Of a stretch of DNA of 64,000 nucleotides, positions 1-11,462 are shown in pieces. The first letter of the stretch is position 1. Each line of letters starts with the position of its first letter. The notes beneath the pieces were generated by a model. The model was given only the letters and a program-made list of their open reading frames with translations, was not told the DNA's origin and made no database searches. The stretch is taken from assembly GCA_002189035.1 (NCBI GenBank), contig NEEC01000027.1, positions 186,001 to 250,000 of the forward strand, given 5' to 3'. The position numbers and the translations under genes are program-made. The stretch is from Utricularia gibba (Eukaryota > Plantae > Magnoliophyta).

Positions 1-63
1 ACCTTAGCTAAATTAGCTAATTTTGAATGCTGAAATACTTCTAAACTGAGATAACTTATGCAG

Positions 64-754
64 GTCCACGCTGCATCGTGTCATTGGGCATGGCAAAGAA
101 AGATATTCCGTATGTCCTGAAACTACTGCTACATCTTCACTATATTTGCTATTCTAACCCTGTAGTTTGCATTGCGAAATTCTGGCAACTAGGGGTATGA
201 TCCTATGAATCCACTTAGCATGCAACTTGAGCTACTTCTTTATGGGGTACAACACACTAAATAGTAAACAATTTTTTGTTCAGTAAAAAAACCCACTTTT
301 GCCATAAGTCTCGCCAAAGATGCAGTTTTACTAAAATCATGGTGGAATATACTTGTTAGTGATACTATTGGCAGGAGATATCCGGTTATTACTTGTGCAT
401 TTTTGATGTTATACACATGGAAGGGACACTTTTTATTTGTATGTTCTGATGGCAGATAGCTTGCTTTCTTGAGCCTAATCATGAGTGCGTTATCGAATGC
501 TTACCAACATGCAAGTCAAATGAGAATCCTCCAAAGTGAGTATAAACTCTCTTTTTGCAGTAGATATTTTTGTCTTGTGCATCTTCGAAGTGCATTTCAC
601 TGTACTGTAGATCATTTCTCACACGTAAATTGATTGTATTTTTCACTGTCATCGTTGCTGCGAATGTCTTCAAAGGTTCCCTCCCATTACATGTGAAGAA
701 TATATGCTTCAAAAGTATAAAGAGACGCATGCTGATCTCAAGTCCTACCGTTGA
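64..754 (+). CDS. 3' end (last three exons) of a 2-oxoglutarate/Fe(II)-dependent dioxygenase; 5' part lies outside the window
   Basis: Hand-spliced GT-AG exons 64-109, 456-535 and 676-754 join in frame: STLHRVIGHGKERYS / IACFLEPNHECVIECLPTCKSNENPPK / FPPITCEEYMLQKYKETHADLKSYR*. This contains the distal Fe-binding His (LHRV) and the RxS 2OG-binding motif (RYS). It is missed by the ORF track. Confidence 0.88.
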
Positions 755-964
755 TTTAATTCCAAATGCAAAAGCAACAAGGTTTTCTCAAGTAAACAGA
801 GCTTCTTCTGTAAGATGCTGTTGAGAAGGTCTTATAAAGTGGAATGGGCTTGATACACCATGCCAGTTTCCATTGTAGCTTTACTGAAATTTGGATTCTG
901 TAAGTATATGTAATACCTGACTTTTTGCTCTCCGTGGCAAAGGCTTTGTTTCAGTATACAGATC

Positions 965-3319
965 TCAGAGCATGCAGTCAGCACGTGATGGCAAACGTCG
1001 AAAGAAACTGGTGTGTGGAGAAGGCATCTTACTTCTGAACCGAGGGTGTCTGAGAACGACGAATCCTGCAGTCAGCGCCATAATCTTGAAGGGAGTTATG
1101 TAGAGCGCTGCCGCCGAAAAAATGCAGAAAACCATGAAAATAGTGGTTGCCCTTGGATCCCTCCATTCCAAAAGTGCTACAAATCTTTCTCCCTGCGTGG
1201 CTATATCTCCCAAAACAGTTTGTATCCTCCCTGCCACGCTCCTCAGTCTGTCATACCTCAACCGAAGGATATTAGGAGGCTTAGACGTTGGGAAAGTGTC
1301 GAATTCCTCATCCAGTTCATCTGCTACAGCTCCATCTGCCCAAGACATCTTGGTGTCCATATGGGGAGGATGCCGTGGTCTCGTCCTGAAATTCCATATT
1401 CCCACCACAAACATGTACAGAAATGCTGTTGGAAGGATCAGCTCCGGGTAGAAGATGAGTATGGAAAATAGGACGTGTACTAAGACGGTGGTTATGGGAT
1501 TCTTCCACTCACATACTTTTCCAAGCCATTTGGTGATGGAGATGACACCTGAAAAGAGTGAGACAATTCGAAAAAAGTTAGCTTTGCTCCTTCTCATGCT
1601 CCACATATGTGAATCAACATCCAGCATGTACTCCACAACTTCCTTCTTCAGGGGTGGCTCAGCTCTTTCCAATCTCGAGGCGACAATGCTCATTGCTTGA
1701 TGTCTCAAGCTTTCTAACTGATTCACGGTGAAGGGATGCAGGTAGTGCATTTTTGGCAGCAATGGCCTTACGTATAGATACATCAAGTGGCCGAAAGAGA
1801 AGCACGTAAAGCGAAAAGCCAGGTGGAGTTCGCCAGTTTTCTTCAGTCCAGAGGCTTGTAGGGAGATCAGTGGATAAGAATGTGTGTATATCCTATCAGT
1901 TTCGAGAGTCGAAAGGCGAATCCTTACCTTTCCTATCCTTGAATCCTTGGTGGGTTCACTTGCTCCCAAATGGCAATTGTCGAAGACTCCCAATGTGATC
2001 ACAGTGCAAGGATCATATACCTCCCAGGTATACTGCTCATTCCACTTGGGGCTAAGGCTTTGGAGTATGGTTCTGGTTCTCACCCATTTTCTGCCGTACT
2101 TGGCTACGCAGTAGGCGTCTGTGCCACCTTTTCCATCCTTGGTTTTCATCGCCATAAGCCCCTGTGCATTAAGGATTCCTAGTTCGAAAATCCCTACTGG
2201 CTTCTTCCACATCTGCTGTGCAGTTGGCCTCTGATCACTGATATACAAACTGGACTCATCCAGCACATGGTATCCTCCTTCAAGGCAGATCCTGAGATGA
2301 ATCCTTGTTGAAAACTTGTGCTCCTTTCTTCTATCTCCTTCAAGGATTCCAAACCCATACTTCTCAAGATTGTACCAGTTGGAAAGGATCTCACGGTGAT
2401 CCATTCGCCTCTCCAAGCCCTGCAGAGGTAAGCTGATTCTTCCCATAAGTTCATCCGTTGAAGGGGCGATCTTGTTTTCAACTGTGAGTACTAATTGCTC
2501 CTCAAAGGGCTCAGCAGCAACAAACACCAAGTCTTCATTCCAAAATGGATTGCTATTTGCCTTGCTTGAAGAAACACTCGTTTTCAGAATCTGGTTCCCA
2601 AGTTGGCCCTTCACGAACACCTCAGGTGCCTTGCTCTTGTCTTGAGACTCTACGTCCTGTGCTTCTATGACGTTTATTCGTAGATACCACAGCTTTGGGG
2701 AGACGTATACCTTTGATCTGACATTGTACACCCCTTCCCCACTAACAGAGGCTGCGTCAGAATGCCAGGCTTCAGGGAAGGCTTCGTCAGCTTGGGTCCC
2801 CATCCAAACCGCAACCATCACCTGCCCCTTCACCTTACGCTCACTGCTGCGATCTTGGAGACGATACCATTGCGGCGCTAGCGGACTGTCGGGTGGAATC
2901 CTTGTCGGAACCTCAGACAGATCAAACACAACCTTTCCGAGGTATTCATCTCTTCCAACCATCTCCCTGTCCCTCACGAAAATTTCCAGATCAGAAGACT
3001 GAATGTGGTCGCTGGAGAAGGCAAAAACTTGCCTCCACTCCGGATTATTCTTCTTCTCAAAATGCCTTGTTTTTCCCTTGTAGTTCCCGACCTTCACCTC
3101 CACATACGGATCACAGCTGCTGGAAATGGGATTTGGGGGAAGATCACGAGCTTTCACAACACGAACGTACAGATAATGCGTCTGCTCAACGAGATCATAA
3201 GTGGTGGCGGCCCTTTCCCCGCCTATCCACCCAACGCCGCCGCGAACCCCGCCGTGTGGCCATCGTTCTCCAAGTTCCGGCTTCGTATCCTTGACGCTGA
3301 AGTCCTCTTTCTGGGCCAT
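965..3319 (-). CDS. FTIP1: Multiple C2 domain and transmembrane protein (MCTP), FT-INTERACTING PROTEIN 1-like; single exon, 784 aa
   Basis: Three C2 domains (YLYVRVVKARDL, LWYLRINVIEAQD, ELGILNAQGL) plus the C-terminal PRT_C/TM region (DELDEEFDTFPTS, WRDPRAT). The N-terminus KPELGERWPHGG and the end RLPSRADCML match recalled FTIP1. Confidence 0.95.
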   Translation of the reverse strand: MAQKEDFSVKDTKPELGERWPHGGVRGGVGWIGGERAATTYDLVEQTHYLYVRVVKARDLPPNPISSSCDPYVEVKVGNYKGKTRHFEKKNNPEWRQVFAFSSDHIQSSDLEIFVRDREMVGRDEYLGKVVFDLSEVPTRIPPDSPLAPQWYRLQDRSSERKVKGQVMVAVWMGTQADEAFPEAWHSDAASVSGEGVYNVRSKVYVSPKLWYLRINVIEAQDVESQDKSKAPEVFVKGQLGNQILKTSVSSSKANSNPFWNEDLVFVAAEPFEEQLVLTVENKIAPSTDELMGRISLPLQGLERRMDHREILSNWYNLEKYGFGILEGDRRKEHKFSTRIHLRICLEGGYHVLDESSLYISDQRPTAQQMWKKPVGIFELGILNAQGLMAMKTKDGKGGTDAYCVAKYGRKWVRTRTILQSLSPKWNEQYTWEVYDPCTVITLGVFDNCHLGASEPTKDSRIGKVRIRLSTLETDRIYTHSYPLISLQASGLKKTGELHLAFRFTCFSFGHLMYLYVRPLLPKMHYLHPFTVNQLESLRHQAMSIVASRLERAEPPLKKEVVEYMLDVDSHMWSMRRSKANFFRIVSLFSGVISITKWLGKVCEWKNPITTVLVHVLFSILIFYPELILPTAFLYMFVVGIWNFRTRPRHPPHMDTKMSWADGAVADELDEEFDTFPTSKPPNILRLRYDRLRSVAGRIQTVLGDIATQGERFVALLEWRDPRATTIFMVFCIFSAAALYITPFKIMALTAGFVVLRHPRFRSKMPSPHTSFFRRLPSRADCML

Positions 3320-3603
3320 GTCTGATCAGATGAAGTTTTGTTTCATGGTGGAACTCCAGAGAAGGATGCTTATTTATCTCAGAAAGCACCATTGCATCAC
3401 AGTGAGAAAAGAAAAAAAGGTTCTTTCTATTCCCACAAAGCTTCTCTGTAACACTTGAAATAAATTCCATCCTTTTTGTAGGTCGCCAGGATTCTCCGTT
3501 TGAAATGAACCTTGAAAAGAAGAGGAGAACCCAGCACCGCACCTACCCAAGAAGGAAGCTCGTAGTAGTGCATTTTCGAAATGTTAAAAATAAAAATAAC
3601 ATG

Positions 3604-3606
<3 letters not shown>

Positions 3607-3639
<33 letters not shown>
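3607..3639. repeat. (ATT)11 microsatellite in the FTIP1/DUF810-A divergent intergenic region
   Basis: Read directly from the sequence. Confidence 0.95.
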
Positions 3640-3642
<3 letters not shown>

Positions 3643-3848
3643 TACGGAATGGAATTGATAGATGACTCGGAGAAAAGACAGACCGCGTGACGGGAATGTG
3701 CGATGAATTTTCTGGTTGGTTGAATGAATACTCGACGGTCAAGCTAAGAATCGAAGTTCCTCGGAAACGTAGGCTTGGGCTACCAGTTCACTCCTTGGAT
3801 CAGATTCCAGATCATTGAAGTTCCAGTTTCAGCGGCACTCGGAGCTTC

Positions 3849-6800
3849 ATGCACACAGCGACGGAGCGGAGCCATTTCAAGTTGATGAATCCTTTCGGGG
3901 AGCTGTTTGTGGATCTTTCGCCTTCCGAGCTCCGGGAGACTGCATACGAGGTTCTTGTTGCTGCGTGCCGGAGCCTGCCATCCGGTAAGCCGCTTACGTA
4001 TGCATCGGGATCGAGCTTTAAGGAGAGGTCTCAACAGCTGCCTGCGAGGCCGTCGATGGATGCGTCTGCGGCGGAGGGTACGGTGAAGGGGACTCTAGGC
4101 TTGCAATTGAAGGGTAGTGTACAGAAAGCCAGCGACATTTTCGGTGAGCGTCGTGCCGATTCGTTGAGGAGAGATGGAACTAGTTTTGGAGAATTTATGA
4201 GGGTTCAAATGAGGGTCTCGGAGCAAACTGATTCGAGGATCCGGCGTGGTTTGATGCGGGTCGCTTCAGCCCAGGTGCGTATTGGCTTTCTGCAACGTCA
4301 ACGTGTTAGAGCGGAGAAAGGAAATTAAAATTGATCCTCTTGGTTTGGCTGCGCAACTTGGTTTTGGTAGAGTTCGTACTGAGGATCCATTACAAATTGT
4401 CTGTCGCTGATTTACTTGATGGTGTGTAAAATGTCTTTTTTGACGCAGCATGGTTGAAACTGTTCTCTGAGAGTTTCATTTATTTGCAGCTTGGTAGGCG
4501 TGTTGAGTCGATGGTTCTGCCATTGGAGCTGCTGCGACAGTTCAGGATCTCAGACTTTTCCAGTGAGAAGGAGTATGATGCGTGGCAGAGGAGATACTTA
4601 AAGGTTCTTGAAGCTGGACTCCTCCTCCATCCAAGCCAGCCTCCTGAAAGAGCACCAGTAACTGCTCAGCGGCTTCGAAAGATTTTATACAAAGCATTTG
4701 AGAAACCAAATGAAATTTTGAGGAACAGTGAATCGATGGGCATTCTGTGCACTGTCGTGAATTCTCATGCTTGTAGCTCAGGATCAGATATGTGCCACTG
4801 GGCTGATGGGGTTCCTCTAAATCTTCATTTATACAAGATTCTTTTGGAGTCCTGCTTTGACGTAAATGATGAGTCCACCATTACTGCAGAGGTTGATGAT
4901 GTGTTGGATCAAATTAAGAAGACTTGGTTAATTCTTGGGATAAATCAGGAGTTTCACAATCTCTGCTTTTGTTGGGTTATGTTTCACCGATTTGTTACGA
5001 CAGGGGAAAACAAAGATGACCTTCTTTTTGGTTGTAGTCAGATGGTGTTGGAACTGGAAAAAGATGGTTTTTCATTCGTCAACAACGCATACTTAAAGAT
5101 CTTAAGCTCGATATTGGACATAATATCAGATTGGACCAGGACACGGCTTAATCAATACCAAGATGCTTTTTATAGGGGCAACATAGACTTAATGCAAGTT
5201 ACCTTATCTCTTGGCATATGCGTGGCTAAAATGGTGCGTGGCATGACTCAGAAACAAAGTAAGAAAATGGCATCTGTTGATGTGGCATGTGAACTTGTCG
5301 AGGCTTACATCAGGTCTTCTATGAACAATGCTTTTGTTAAGGCAAGCATTCTAAGATTTTCTTAGGAGATACTCCTCTTTTTTTTTTGTATATTTAAAGA
5401 TTGATTCCTTCGTCAATATCAGATTGCACCACTTGAAAAAATTCTTTGATGTTGTTTATTTCAATTCTGTTTCAAGTTCATATATAATTTTCTAGTTTGT
5501 ATTCGTCACTTCATTATATTTCCTTGGCTCAGGCTCTATTTTGCTCTGTCTGAAGACAGGAAAGAGAGAAGCTTCTTTCAAACAATAATTCCTCTACGGG
5601 CCAAAGGAGTGTTCTACCGTTTCTTTCCATACTTGCCCAGAACATTTGTGACATGGCGTATAACGAGAAGGAAATATATAGCCCTGTCCTTAAAAAATGG
5701 CACCCTGTAGCAACTGGTGTAGCAGTAGCTACGCTTCATTCTTGCTATGCAAATGAGCTTAAAAAATTCATTTTGGGCACAACTGAGTTAACTCCCGAAG
5801 CAATACAGGTTCTCCTAGCAGCTGAAAAACTGGAGAAAGATCTTGTGCAAATGGCAGTTATTGATTCAGTGGATAGTGAGGACGGAGGGAAAGCAATCAT
5901 CCAGGAGATGACTCCTTATGAAGCCGAGGCAGCAATCGGCAGCTTAGTGAAGTCCTGGATACAGGCAAGAGTTGACAGACTTGGAGAGTGGATTGAAAGG
6001 ATGCTACAAAAAGAGGTACCAAATCTCCCTTCTCTGTGTACCTTTTCCCCCCTGCTGCTATAGTGAACTCAAATGAATTTCAGAACACAGGATTTTTGAC
6101 CTTTTTTTTTTTGAGAAAATACCCTGCATTAAGCCATGACCAGTTGTGATGCTGGTTTAGAATAAATTGTTTTGCTTGTAATCACTAGAAGAGTTTTCTT
6201 GTGATCACTGTGTCCCATGAGTTCGAGCTGCTTAGAAGTATTCACTGGAATACTGCATTTTAGCCAACAAATGAGCGGCTGAGTTCCTTTTTAGTTGTGT
6301 GTGATTCTACGACTACAAAGTTTACGAATTTACCATTTTGAAAATATCAAGGAATTTACATGTAAGACTGGATGCCTGTTGGCTTTCTTAAATTCCAATT
6401 TAGCTGACTCTTGCTAACAGAGGCATGACACATTTGATTTCACCTTTTTTTGTTGTTATTATTATTATTATTTTTTTTTCAGGAATGGAATCCTCGAGCA
6501 AATCAAGGACGTTTTGCACCTTCTGCTACCGAACTTCTACGTTTAATAAATGAGATGCTGGAAGCATTCTTTTTGCTCCCAATATCTAATCATCCATCTT
6601 TGCTGCCAGATTTGATGATGGGACTCGATAAGTGCATTGAGAAGTACATCATGCATGCAGTGTCTGGATGTGGTAAAATCATCATGCAATTTGCACGTTT
6701 ACATGAATTATTGCAGATATTTATTATGTTATATTATGCAGGATCTCGACTTGCATATATTCCATCACTCCCTGGGCTCAGCCGCTGCACAACAAGTTCC

Positions 6801-7643
6801 AAAAAAAGTCCATTTAAAAGGCCTTCAGATAAGAAATCGTATGTCCAGGAGAGTAGTGAAAATGGTGGCTTTAGTTTGGCACGACTGTGTCTTTGTATTA
6901 ATACCTTTTACCACACCTTAAAAGAGTTGGAAGTATTTGAAAAACGAATAGTGCACAATCTGAAGAACATTGGATTTGCAGAAGATAACACTGTTGCCAA
7001 GGGCGAATTTATCCTGTCCAGATCATCTTTCATGGAAGGGATCAGGCAGCTCTCCGAGGCAACTGCATACAGAGTTGTATTCCATGATCTGAAGCATGCT
7101 TTCTGGGATTTCCTATACATTGGAGAAATCTCTTCATCGAGAATCGAACCATTTATGGAAGAGTTGGAGCGACACTTGGAAGTAATATCATCTGCAGTTC
7201 ATGACAGGGTTCGTACCCATGTGATCACCAGTGTGATGAAAGCCTCCTTCGATGGTTTCTTGTATATTTTGCTTGCCGGTGGACCATCCCGCACTTTCAC
7301 TCTACAGGATGGAGTGATAATTACTGAGGATTTCAATTCTTTAGCTGATCTCTTCTGGTCCAATGGAGATGGCTTACCAGCTGATTTAATCAGTAAACTA
7401 GCGGATAACATAAATGGAATCCTATCTCTCTTCCAAACATCTACTGAGGACCTTATCAAGAAATTGAGGTCTGCTTTAAATGTTGGAGGAGCATCAGCTA
7501 ATTCAAGGCTTCCATTGCCTTCAACGTCAGGTGAGTGGAGCCCCTCAGATCCTAACACCATTCTGCGTGTTTTGTGTTATAGAAAGGACAAGGTAGCATC
7601 GAAATTTCTCAAGAGAACCTATGGTTTGCCAAAGGCAATTTAG
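3849..7643 (+). CDS. DUF810 / Munc13-homology (MUN) domain protein, PATROL1 family, copy A (about 941 aa)
   Basis: Exons 3849-4274, 4490-5341, 5560-6015, 6483-6672 and 6742-7643 join in frame; intron 2 has a GC donor. Motifs: LRETAYE, LPLELL, HWADGVPLN, KKWHPVATGVAVATLHSCY, DLVQMAVIDSVDSEDGGK, DLFWSNGDGLP. Confidence 0.92.
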
Positions 7644-8516
7644 CTCCAAATAGACAAACTGCTTTCTAAGTGCTGCACAATACACACTGCAGACACAAGG
7701 TAAATAGACTCAAGGCCTCCTGGATGCCCATTACATGATTTGCCATGATAAGGAGCCATACATGGAAGGTTGTTATTCAAAAGGTAGACTCGGTCCCTAC
7801 ATTTGCTGGGCATATGCTTGTGAAGAACGATAAATCTATTTTCTTGTCATGTGTTTGTGAAATTAGGAACTGCACAGTTGTGATGTATATGAGTGCATCA
7901 GCTCCATTTTGTTATACAGGATATGGTTACTGCAAGCTTTGAATTAATCCTTGTTATATAAAAGTAGCATGTGCTGATGACTGGTGATACAAGGACTTGT
8001 TGCAAGAAGATGAATAAGCCATGAACATTGACTGCAATCCATTTCTGGAAAGCATTTTTCCTGAGCACACTGTAAACTGGTGCATAACCAGTTTCATAAG
8101 AAACTCCACCTTTCATTCGGAAATGGGATTGGGGGCAAGTTTCTGTTCTCCCTTCCATGTTCAGTTAGAGGAGGATTCTACGGTGTACTGGTGCATTTTT
8201 CGGCACAGCAATCACCCCACAAAGAGCACCATCCAAAGCTTCTACGGTGTACTGATCCATGTCAGTGAGTGAATGATGCCGGTATTTGTTGGGTGCAGGA
8301 CGCCCACCTCTCGCTGCACATCGGCTCCTATAAAGACCAGTCATGAGAAGCAGCTGCTGCTGGAGAGGGGGATGGCAAAAGTCTGACTCAGATCCCCCCA
8401 GAATGTGAATGCAGTCGTTTGTTTTCCGACTGTATGTACTAAATGGTTTCTTATGTAGATTTGGGAAAAAGGAGATTGAATCCACCGTTGGGTGCTTGCT
8501 ACAAGAAGATCAAGTA

Positions 8517-11462
8517 TCAGGGAGAAGGAAACATCGAGGGATTTTTGAATCTGCGTCTTTTGCGTGAAGGGGGTACTACAAGCTTGAGCATCTTAGCAAC
8601 GAAAATGTTGAGCGGTTTTCTAGTGAGGCTGGCTCGTGGTTTTCGAACAAAAAGAGCAATGAAGAATCCTTCCCTGTCAATGGCCGGGTCTGTCCGCAGC
8701 AGATTTTGAGCTGAAAGGAGACACTCCCACAACAGGCATCAACTAATACTGCGCAGATAACCACAAATGCACGAAGCTGAATGCATATATGAAAATCTTA
8801 CCGCCTTCAAAGGTCGGAAAACCACGGCGAGGCCAGTTGGGAATAGCTGCGGCAAGTCTGAAGCCACGGGCGGAGGCGAAGTCCATCACAGAGTGGATCA
8901 CGTCTTCGTTTTCGGCCTGGTGTATTGAGCAAGTGCTGTATACGATTCTCTCGACGCCTGGAACTGCAGATATCACCACCAGGACCGGTAGGTGAGGACG
9001 GATGAAGCAGAGCAGCCTTGGAAGGTGACTGATGACTTACATGTGAGAGCATGCTGCAACACTTTTCTCTGAAACGCCGTGAGCTTCTGCAGGCGCCTCA
9101 TCTCCGCCTCATCACATGATACCCCTATCATGAATTGCATTGCGCATTCCATTATTTCTCAGAGCATACACTCCAATGCAACATCCTAAAGTTGCAGAGC
9201 ATTCAACCCCAGAAAAATGCATTTTTGTTGAGAGCAAGAGAAAACCTGAAGAATGCGAGGGGAGGAGATGATCCAGTCGGTCTAAGGCAGTCCCTGATCC
9301 AGAGCATGACGGATCCAAAAGTATGGCTCGGACCTGAAGGCAATGAGGTTAGCATCTCATCATCAAGTAAAGAGCAGGTAACGAATAATGATGATGAAGT
9401 TATGCTGAATACCTGTGAACATGAAGGATCTTGAGGGTTCAGACTTAGAAAGTCCACATGTTTAACTTCCACATCTGTCGCTTGTTAAGTTACCATTGAC
9501 TTAAGCAAATTTCTAAAGGGTTCTGTGCTTACTTGGTGTATGCCATTATGCTAAAAGTATGATGTTTTGGCTGAAAAGCCGGCAAGGATACTCGTTGCAC
9601 CTGCCAACTTGATGTTATTCTTCAGGCGCTCAAACCTTTGCTTGTGAAGCTCACAAGCTATAATTTTTCCCTTGCCCTTCATCAGAGCAGCAATGTGCAA
9701 CGTTTTGTTCCCAGGCGCTGCACATGCGTCAATTACCTTCAAATAAAAATGTTGTTAGGCAATTGTATTTGAAAGGAAACACAGATGAATAAGTTCAGGG
9801 ACACCTCCATATCACCCCTGTTTCGAAATCCGTACAGAAAAGAAAAAAAATTGCATTGTTAGAAGCACCAAACCTCCCATCCAGGTCTGGGTCCAAGAGC
9901 AGTAGCAGTCATAGCACTTGCTTTTCCCTTAAAACATGAAAAAGATTACATTTTTAAAATTCATGATTAGTAGTGGTATCTTCTTCTTTGGGGAAGGGAT
10001 GCAAAAAAAATAAAAAATAAAAATAAATAAACTTTAGTAAGGCTCCGGATATGCAGTACCTGCATGAAAATACTTCCATTCAGGACAAGAGGATGGTTAT
10101 GCAAATCAGTATCTGGCGGAAGAATCAGCAAATCTGGCACAGTGTCATCTATTTTGACCTGCTTCAAGAAGGTGAAAACTCACGCAAGCCTCCAACTTGA
10201 AGCTCATTATAATCATCAGATAAACTAAACAACAACAGGAGAAGAACAATATGTGCATGATGTACCTCATATTTCTGTTTTAACTCACTGATGGCTGATT
10301 CTGTATCCATTCTTAGAGTGTTCACACGAACATAACGAGGTTTTTGTATCCATCCTGGACACAGTGTGAGTTTCAGAAAAAGCATCTAAGGAGCAAGGCA
10401 TGAACGACGTTACAAATCAATTTCGAAACAACAGCAACTGGCAATGAAGTTGTCAAAATAATATGGCACACAGGTGCAGAAGAGCAATGAAAAATAGCAT
10501 ACCATTGTGCTTATCTAAAGCCAGCAAATCTTCTGAACTCTTTTGTCTCTTACACCTCAATACTCGTGATAAAGCCAAGTTCAAAGCATCCCTCTTCTTC
10601 ACGATAAACTTCTCAGCATCCCCTGTTAGTAAAGCTTGCTACAAGAAGAAAAAGGAAAAATCAATTCTTCCAAGACAAAGGAGACAGATGGAATTCAGTT
10701 TTCCTGAGAGTCACAGAAAGAAGGATGCAAGCAACTAGCACAGGCATATCTCTTGCAATACTGATGGAGTTCAATTTAGAGGGGAAACAATAATATATTT
10801 AACCTGCCCAAATAGTAAATCGTATATGACGATGTACATCAACTCTTTCTGCTTCTGCACGATGCAAACCAAAAGATAACATCATTATAATCAGGGTCAC
10901 AGAATAAGTCTATCACTCTCGACTGGTTGAATTTCAGCTATGGCTTTAGTACCTTCCACTTGGCAGTGAGAACACTTGCCTCTTCCATTACATCCTTGAT
11001 TACTGGAAGATCTGTAATTCGATAAACAATCACCATGACAACAACAAACATATTAAGAAAAATCGAAAAAGGCGTGTCTTGGAATTCATCCCTCTGAAAT
11101 CTATATTCCGGGTTTCATTTGTCATACACACATATGTAGCATTACTGAGAATGAAAGCAAAGACAATCCATCCTGGATACCAAATAACATAAATTAGAAG
11201 AGTGAAGCACCGGTGGCATACGCTTGAGGGTCTGGCAAACAAGGGCGAATGTAGCTCTTTTGTTCCTGATGGAAGGGCTATAAACAAGCGACTTAATTGT
11301 ACCAACAGCTCGGCGTCGAGCATCGCCCTGAAGCGCGCTGCGTAGAACTTTAGCAGCTTCTCTTCTAGCGAAATAAGCAGACCTTTCGGCGTTGCTCCGC
11401 CGCTTTCCTTCAGATTTTGTCCCTACCACCGCCGTTTTCTGCTGCTTCTTCCTCAGCACCAT
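8517..11462 (-). CDS. NSUN5: 25S rRNA cytosine-C5 methyltransferase of the NOL1/NOP2/Sun family (NSUN5/RCM1-like), 13 exons
   Basis: Spliced exons encode PRYVRVNTL, VIDACAAPGNKT, ILLDPSCSGSG and VYSTCSIHQAENE (both catalytic Cys motifs), then EGFFIALF. All junctions I checked keep the frame. Confidence 0.93.
9475..9591 (-). other. U12-type (minor spliceosome) GT-AG intron in NSUN5
   Basis: Donor GTATCCTT matches the U12 consensus RTATCCTT. Branch-like ACTTAAC (9490-9484) lies 9 nt before the 3' end, and there is no polypyrimidine tract. Confidence 0.75.

Noticed and set aside
479-824. ORF-track calls at 479-730 (-) and 570-824 (+)
   Set aside because: Shadows of the spliced 2OG dioxygenase exons and introns.
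1013-3542. Many antisense or alternative-frame ORFs over FTIP1
   Set aside because: Expected by-products of a long single-exon CDS; no recognisable motifs.
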